Assembly: GCA_024280435.1 (NCBI GenBank)
Contig: JAJRQD010000109.1
Span: forward strand, 1,879 to 65,878
DNA: 64,000 bases
From: an archaeon
Lineage (GTDB): Archaea; Asgardarchaeota; Heimdallarchaeia; Heimdallarchaeales; Kariarchaeaceae
Direction: 5' to 3'
The notes beneath the pieces are model-generated. The model was not told the origin of the DNA. It was given only the letters and a program-made list of their open reading frames with translations, and did not search any database. Positions 59,401 through 64,000 of the stretch are shown piece by piece (the stretch's first letter is position 1; each line of letters begins with the position of its first letter). Both the position numbers and the translations under genes were made by a program.

Positions 59401-60792
59401 AATATCAAATTTTAACCAACTTTTGAATATCTGATCAAGAAAGTTATCAAGAACTAGATTTGAAATCCAGGATAGTATAGCCTGGAATACATTCTCTCCA
59501 TCACTAATTTTCTTTATCAGTACTGCCAGTTCATCGTTAAGTATTGCCTGTGCAATTGCCACAACAGTGGAATTAGCAGGGAAAAATTCTTTTATCATTT
59601 TCAGTGAGAAGGCTATTATCTCCTCAGGTCCACCTCTTAGTGCATTGAATCCCTCAAGAGCTATCTCTACATACCTTCTGTACTCACTGAATCCTGGAAA
59701 ACGCTCAACTATTATATCAAGTGCTAATCCTAGAATATTATCTACACTGGGATCATTGATTATGCCCAGTACTTTTGGTATATATTTCATTATTTCATTT
59801 ATCTGATTAACAACTTCTGGGGATAATTCCACATATTGAACATATTTTAGTAAGATACCAAGTAGAGTATCCAGTACCTTTCCAGCAGGTCCCTCGATAC
59901 CAGTTTTAGTTGGTATATTTGCAATTGTGAAATCACTCTGTGCATTATTTAGTACCAATCCATATTCATTTTTATTGATAAGAGACTGAGTAACCGCCTC
60001 ATAGAGAGGAATAGATACACCAGCAGGAGTTAGGTAATTAGCAGTTCTTGGACTTGCATCCATGATATTATCAAATCTATCCTGTTGAGCTACTTTATCT
60101 ATCTGTCCGATAGGATTTACGGGTTCATAACTTCTCTGTACCATTTCATTGATATTCTCAGAGAAATATTTCACAACCAATGCTCTGATATGATCTGCGG
60201 ATGTTCTATATTCATCATTAGGTGCATTTTCAGCTATATAATTACCAACCAACCAGATTGCATTGACTACTGCCAATTTAGCATCTGTCATCTCAGTCTG
60301 ATCATCAACTAGAGATGCATATTGTATTGCAGCACCCAATCCAGCAGTTGCCTGTCTTGTATTTGCCATTGAAAGTATATGCTGCTTATCTGGATAATCT
60401 AAAATGTATTTGGCCAGTTCAGACCATTCATATGATTTACCACCAATAATTGGTCCATCAATATTTGTATCATATACATGAATAACTATCCAGTATGATG
60501 AATCAATACTGAGTAAATCTGTTATCTGATCAATCTCGAATAAATCAACTGGTTGATAGAATGGTGATAGGAATTGCTCGATTCCATTTGCCATATCATA
60601 AGCCTGTGTATCTTTAGAACTGTATGCAATGGCAATCTTCTTATCAAATACGGGTACAACTTTTAGTAAATCCTCTGGATCTGTAATCTTAGCAGCTTCT
60701 GCAGTATTTGCTGCTGCCTGTACAGAGTAGAAACTACTCAGTATGAGTAGAATTATAATCATTATCGTAAATGAGATTGTTTTGTTTTTCAT
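56464..60792 (-). CDS. Giant secreted protein with MurNAc-L-alanine amidase and lipase-like alpha/beta-hydrolase domains flanked by helical modules
   Basis: It has a signal peptide (..SSFYSVQAAANTAEA). For the domains see 58580..59175 and 57920..58545. It ends in TAG. Confidence 0.85.
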   Translation of the reverse strand: MKNKTISFTIMIIILLILSSFYSVQAAANTAEAAKITDPEDLLKVVPVFDKKIAIAYSSKDTQAYDMANGIEQFLSPFYQPVDLFEIDQITDLLSIDSSYWIVIHVYDTNIDGPIIGGKSYEWSELAKYILDYPDKQHILSMANTRQATAGLGAAIQYASLVDDQTEMTDAKLAVVNAIWLVGNYIAENAPNDEYRTSADHIRALVVKYFSENINEMVQRSYEPVNPIGQIDKVAQQDRFDNIMDASPRTANYLTPAGVSIPLYEAVTQSLINKNEYGLVLNNAQSDFTIANIPTKTGIEGPAGKVLDTLLGILLKYVQYVELSPEVVNQINEIMKYIPKVLGIINDPSVDNILGLALDIIVERFPGFSEYRRYVEIALEGFNALRGGPEEIIAFSLKMIKEFFPANSTVVAIAQAILNDELAVLIKKISDGENVFQAILSWISNLVLDNFLDQIFKSWLKFDIKEVVTNQSQLSTLANTATTSSTDQTFLGRVKSVLGSVFKSMLGVFQTQDSSEYIDQVLPDLIFTELIPNLYPLIGRTIVVDPGHGGIYNGAYFEYTNGTILYEKDWTLDVSLELKDALLNLGANVVMTRETDKNFNASISDDLKTRARIANDTNLDGVNDYADAFISVHFNAFKFDNGTVRPNARGHEVYYHTDNQYGGDLATEIYSNMVADLDMYPRGVKTANFAVIRGTPTIPQALVEVGFITNPQDRAKFEYTANKTQAGLSIANGVAEYFAQGKGPAIPVPRVVMIPGWRSDPTVFNTMIAILEAQGIEVIDFDDNLPGTQALTYDATLGTGNLNTSQLANQVEDLINARVDVNEKINIIAYSYGGLISRYLLEAGPSDPNIDDTWAARVDRLFMHGTPNHGTWEAYIGSTNLFYDDWAASADDMIPGSPLLQALGYEEPPGENYITFGGNPWYLNRFDGVVPTDSPALVGATNYEIEGSHQELVTLPSVIDIVFKELGYQVRGQGKQLFLKGDTVTVQLEFVDVVSDNGLLDENYFFDVYVDKDGLNNNFELVSTFNYTVDGPYTWAPGSNGPVSASFAIPGNSSIFDVRVVMRVDQITLNTFDFRNIMFSKDIDGMAYYNDSAPDPSNTGYNTIRVSVSGFTSNPDKIDQVSTNFISTSFIKPLAIDPIDTNTFIQKYLDAFKPLIEIGKLAYWIAGKLGGIKDAKSFLENFPISEAIDKLFSSVYTATGLSAPDLQSKIKDYVELVKSVLNGTINENTIANTIIDTVIGGLTSIDLDTRAFIGDILRFLVSKIADFNSPLRTLTTANLDSLIRDGLKLFLKDVNDSVRTSIETIMTFVIPGVLNILAVLKESPSLAMIIASSGSLTPQQALEEARIKSSEFLRDVTAELFSRIPTSLLSKTQNDRLSLIVGEIPFFILSLISSSFDTETSISGILRSLGLFTINLVMEKIQKTLADRGIDDFAVIYFIRLA
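57920..58545 (-). other. Alpha/beta-hydrolase (lipase/PGAP1-like) domain
   Basis: It has VVMIPGWRSDP, the nucleophile elbow IIAYSYGGLISRYL, and downstream FMHGTPNHG and GVVP..S. Confidence 0.6.
58580..59175 (-). other. N-acetylmuramoyl-L-alanine amidase (Amidase_3) domain
   Basis: It has VVDPGHGG, DVSLELKD, RARIAND, AFISVHFNAF and ALVEVGFITNPQD. All expected Zn-ligand and catalytic positions are present. Confidence 0.8.
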
Positions 60793-61225
60793 TTTAATGT
60801 AATCTCCACTAAATTAATTAGTGCATTTTTAGTACTCGAATTTTATGAGTACATTAAATTAAATTGCAATCAACATCTATATTATTTAAATTAAATGTAA
60901 AAATTAGATTTTGTTAAGTGGTTAAAACTCTCTATCTTCAATGAAATTACGAATTACAATATATTGGAATATAATAAAATTATATTTGCTATATTTTATT
61001 ATTTGTTTCAATTCTTTTATTAAATTGATAAAAAAAAATTAAAATAATTACACACAAATACATTATATAAATTTGCTTTATTTTGAATAGTAAAGGTCAG
61101 AGAATAGATTTAGTATTTATTTGATAGTTTTATGTTTTGATAAAAATGCAAAAAATATTTATTTTTAATATAAAAATATTTATTTATCATCTTGTACATA
61201 CAAATTTTAAGTTATGAATTTCACA

Positions 61226-61560
61226 CGCTCTGCTGATGACTCCATTGATTCTATTACATTCTCTGGGGCTACTTTTCCCATTATTGCTCCATTAATTTAT
61301 CTCCACAGCTATTGCACCTGTGTACTCTGTTTGCCTTATAGTTCCACAGTATGTCTGCGAGGTGTAGCCCTCATCTACAAACTCAATGTTAATTCCATAG
61401 AGCACACATTTACTCCTCAGATTATCCTTGAATTTACCATATAGTATTTTGGGCTCTGTCAGCAACAGTGAAATATTGATAAAGTGAAATTAAATAGTAT
61501 GATACACAATCTTCATTCACGCTTATTCAGCAAGAAATCATTGTTTTCCAGGAAATAAAA
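61226..61560 (-). pseudogene. tnpB: Decayed IS200/IS605-family TnpB fragment
   Basis: The minus-strand frames read ..LENNDFLLNK.., ..YGKFKDNLRSKCVLYGINIEFVDEGYTSQT.. and ..RCNSCGDKL... These are interrupted by stops and frameshifts. The plus-strand ORF 61214..61444 is its antisense shadow. Confidence 0.5.
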
Positions 61561-61700
61561 GCTAATTTCTGTACAATGATAAGAGTTTACTTGAGAAAAA
61601 TAATAAATGAAATTCTTTATTCATTAAATAACTATCAATTATTAATTAAAAATACTAAATTTCTCATTAATATTTATATAATTTACCCAAATTTACAAAT

Positions 61701-61892
61701 GTGGAAAATATAAAAACTGTTTTCTGGAATAATGTTACTTCTAAAGTGAAAAGAGAGAATGATAATTTTTCTGAGAAACTTGTTGATAAGATGAAAATAT
61801 TATATTCTAGAGAAGGAATTAATGGGGTAAAGGAACTATTTGATGAGTTAGATAGATCTGTTGATATTGGGAGAATTATAAATGAAGATTAG
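61701..61892 (+). CDS. Small hypothetical protein overlapping the start of the ATPase gene
   Basis: The 63-aa ORF has a GTG start. Its last 11 nt overlap the ATG at 61882. Confidence 0.4.
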   Translation: MENIKTVFWNNVTSKVKRENDNFSEKLVDKMKILYSREGINGVKELFDELDRSVDIGRIINED

Positions 61893-64000
61893 AGAGATTT
61901 CACTTGAGAATTTCAGATCGTTCAGTTCGATACAGGTTCAATTACCACAGATACCAATACTTGTGATATATGATAGTAACGGCAGTGGAAAAACCACATT
62001 ACTAGAAGGCATTATTTTTGGTGTAAAGGGAGAGATTGAGGCATATAAATCAAGTGAGTATGGTTCAATTGATGCTCTTTATAATTTAAGAGAGACTAGA
62101 AATAAGAGAATCATCTCGAGTATTTTACTAGAGGATAAAGAAGGATCTGTCTTGATAGAGGCTAATCGTCCTAAGAGGAAAAGAACATACCTGACTAAGA
62201 GTAATAAATTTGATATAAAATTCAAGGTCAATGAAGAAAATAAATCATTGCAAGAGTTTCAAGAAATATGTGATAATTATCTTGGAATTGATTATAATAT
62301 GTTTCCTCTTGCTAACTTTCTATCACAGAATGTAATTAATGATGTACTTGTGTCTGATGCAAAGGTGAGAGGTGAGGTCTTTAGTAAATTATTATCCACT
62401 GATTGGATAAATTCAATAATCGATTATATCAGCTCAAATATCACCAATATTAGAAAAAGAAAAAAGGTATTAGAGAGTAAATGGGAGAACCTCAATCTGA
62501 TATTGAAAAATACTCAACTAGATAGTTTGTATCAACAAATTATGGAAAATGTGAAATTACTTATCAACAAAGGAATCACTCTTCAAGAAAATTCAAAGGT
62601 TAATCCAATAGATATCAATTCAAGAATAAAAACCATTGCAGAGATACTGAGCATCAATGAGATCACAGAATACCTTTCAACAAATGACATTGACAATGCA
62701 CTTGGTAAAACAAGAAGAGAAAAATTTGTTAAAAAAATATACAAATCAATAAATGACTTGAAAGTATCCTCTAGTGTGAAAGAAAAAAGTGTAGAGAATA
62801 TGAGTACAGTTATTTCTGAGATAAAAGATAATATTAAACAGAAATCATTATCTGAGAAATTATTAATTAGGATAAAAAATGATATCAATAAAATAGAAGT
62901 GAATATCAATAAAATAAGCGATATTAAGCAGAATATAAATGCTAAAATAATTGATGTGAATGAAGAATTAGATATTGTTACAAGAAAAAATAAAGAGATT
63001 AAAAAAATTGAGGGGGATATTAATAGAATTGACAAAAAATATGGTAATATTGAGAAAATACAATTGTTGAAAATAGAGCTCACAGATAATATTGATGAGA
63101 AATCTGATGAGATAGTAAATATTGAGAAAATAATTCCAATTATCAATAATACTGAAAGAAAAATAACTAGGAACAAAAAGGAATATACTATATTGGAAGA
63201 GAATATAGAAAGATTAGAATTGGAGTATTCTGCAGCTGAACTGGTAGAAAAATGCAATTATATTGAAAAAGAATTGAAAGAAATTGAGATAGTAGAGAAG
63301 ATAGATACAGCAGATCTTAAACTATATAACCAATTAATAATGAATGAGGCAGATGAAGAGACAATCAAAAATATAATTCAAGGAATTAAAAATGAGGTCA
63401 ATAAGATCGATTACAGATCTAGAATTTTCGAGCTTGAAAAATTCATAGTATCAAAGGAAAATAATAAAAATAAAGAAATTGATTCAATTACTGAGAATAT
63501 TGCGGAAATCAAGGATAAACTTACCAAAGATACTGAAATTAGAAATGAATTATTAGATAAAAAAGATACTGTTGATAAAAATATAGATAAACAGTTGAGT
63601 ATTTCTGATAAAAGTAAACTAAACTATTTCATTATTGCAATATCATTGGCTATATCATTAGCAGGTATTTTTGGAATAAAGTTCCTATTATTATTTTTAT
63701 TTCCAGGAATAATATTCCTTGGACTTCAATACAATATAATCTCACCCACTCCTTTATACGGATTTATTCCATTAAAATATAGACTAGCTCAATTTGAGAA
63801 GGATCAATCAGAAATAATGAATAAAATAGAGATTGTTGATGAGAGGATAATACATATTGAGGATAAACTCAGATTTTACAGTGATCAGCTAACTGAGCTG
63901 AATAAAATGAAATACAGCCCACCTGCATGGATTAATCAAATTGATCCAGAATTGATGATAAAAGAATACAGTAAATTTGAGAAAATAAGTTCTGAGCTGA
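61882..64000 (+). CDS. Rad50/SbcC/SMC-like ATPase (N-terminal head, long coiled coil, internal TM hairpin); 3' end outside the window
   Basis: I read the frame codon by codon from ATG 61882 and found no stop to position 64000 (706 or more codons). It begins MKIREISLENFRSF...IYDSNGSGKTTLLEGI (Walker A). A Lys/Glu/Asn/Ile-rich heptad-like region follows, then LNYFIIAISLAISLAGIFGIKFLLLFLFPGIIFLGL. GGGAGA lies 7 nt upstream. It is absent from the ORF track, presumably because it is open-ended. Confidence 0.8.
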   Translation, partial: MKIREISLENFRSFSSIQVQLPQIPILVIYDSNGSGKTTLLEGIIFGVKGEIEAYKSSEYGSIDALYNLRETRNKRIISSILLEDKEGSVLIEANRPKRKRTYLTKSNKFDIKFKVNEENKSLQEFQEICDNYLGIDYNMFPLANFLSQNVINDVLVSDAKVRGEVFSKLLSTDWINSIIDYISSNITNIRKRKKVLESKWENLNLILKNTQLDSLYQQIMENVKLLINKGITLQENSKVNPIDINSRIKTIAEILSINEITEYLSTNDIDNALGKTRREKFVKKIYKSINDLKVSSSVKEKSVENMSTVISEIKDNIKQKSLSEKLLIRIKNDINKIEVNINKISDIKQNINAKIIDVNEELDIVTRKNKEIKKIEGDINRIDKKYGNIEKIQLLKIELTDNIDEKSDEIVNIEKIIPIINNTERKITRNKKEYTILEENIERLELEYSAAELVEKCNYIEKELKEIEIVEKIDTADLKLYNQLIMNEADEETIKNIIQGIKNEVNKIDYRSRIFELEKFIVSKENNKNKEIDSITENIAEIKDKLTKDTEIRNELLDKKDTVDKNIDKQLSISDKSKLNYFIIAISLAISLAGIFGIKFLLLFLFPGIIFLGLQYNIISPTPLYGFIPLKYRLAQFEKDQSEIMNKIEIVDERIIHIEDKLRFYSDQLTELNKMKYSPPAWINQIDPELMIKEYSKFEKISSEL

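Noticed and set aside
62583-63257. 224-aa minus-strand ORF, the only ORF the track lists in this region
   Set aside because: It is antisense to the open-ended plus-strand Rad50/SMC-like ORF. Its translation is repetitive Ser/Ile/Leu/Phe with no motifs.

Overview
The window is very AT-rich and densely coding. I found no rRNA, tRNA or CRISPR array. The gene content looks archaeal, and as an inference most resembles an Asgard/Loki-type lineage. Supporting features are a wHTH/DUF1724-type regulator, TFIIB-type zinc ribbons, several eukaryote-like Ras/Rab-type small GTPases, many LRR proteins, GGAGG Shine-Dalgarno motifs inside operons, and a decayed TnpB.

Main blocks:
- 1-28.9 kb: mixed housekeeping and accessory genes. 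These include two glycoprotein-like surface proteins, Nudix, a MarR operon with a triple palindromic operator, a hemerythrin-like gene, an orphan 2-oxoacid:ferredoxin oxidoreductase beta subunit, an MFS transporter, a frameshifted APC permease bracketed by a ~55-75 bp direct repeat, an orphan CuA cupredoxin and a GNAT.
- 28.9-46.5 kb: a signalling island. It holds four small GTPases, one directly upstream of a receiver(REC)-Roadblock/MglB-like fusion and one overlapping an LRR gene. It also holds a REC-PAS-GAF-PAS hybrid histidine kinase, a membrane histidine kinase, a heterodimeric ABC exporter with one degenerate ATP site, and a 16-repeat LRR protein.
- 47.1-60.8 kb: an orphan MCP-like transducer followed by a 12.2-kb three-ORF operon of giant surface proteins. 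ORF1 carries a signal peptide, a MurNAc-L-Ala amidase and a lipase-like alpha/beta hydrolase. ORF2 carries a hydrophobic beta-rich domain, about 25 thrombospondin type-3 repeats and a TM anchor. ORF3 carries FG-GAP/integrin-alpha-like repeats and His/Asp-rich tracts. ORF1 and ORF2 are in the same frame, separated by one TAG.
- 61.2-64.0 kb: a TnpB remnant, then a small gene overlapping a long open-ended ORF that the ORF track did not list. That ORF encodes a Rad50/SMC-like ATPase with a coiled coil and an embedded TM hairpin.

The best candidates for an undescribed system are the amidase/adhesin operon and the GTPase plus REC-Roadblock module.
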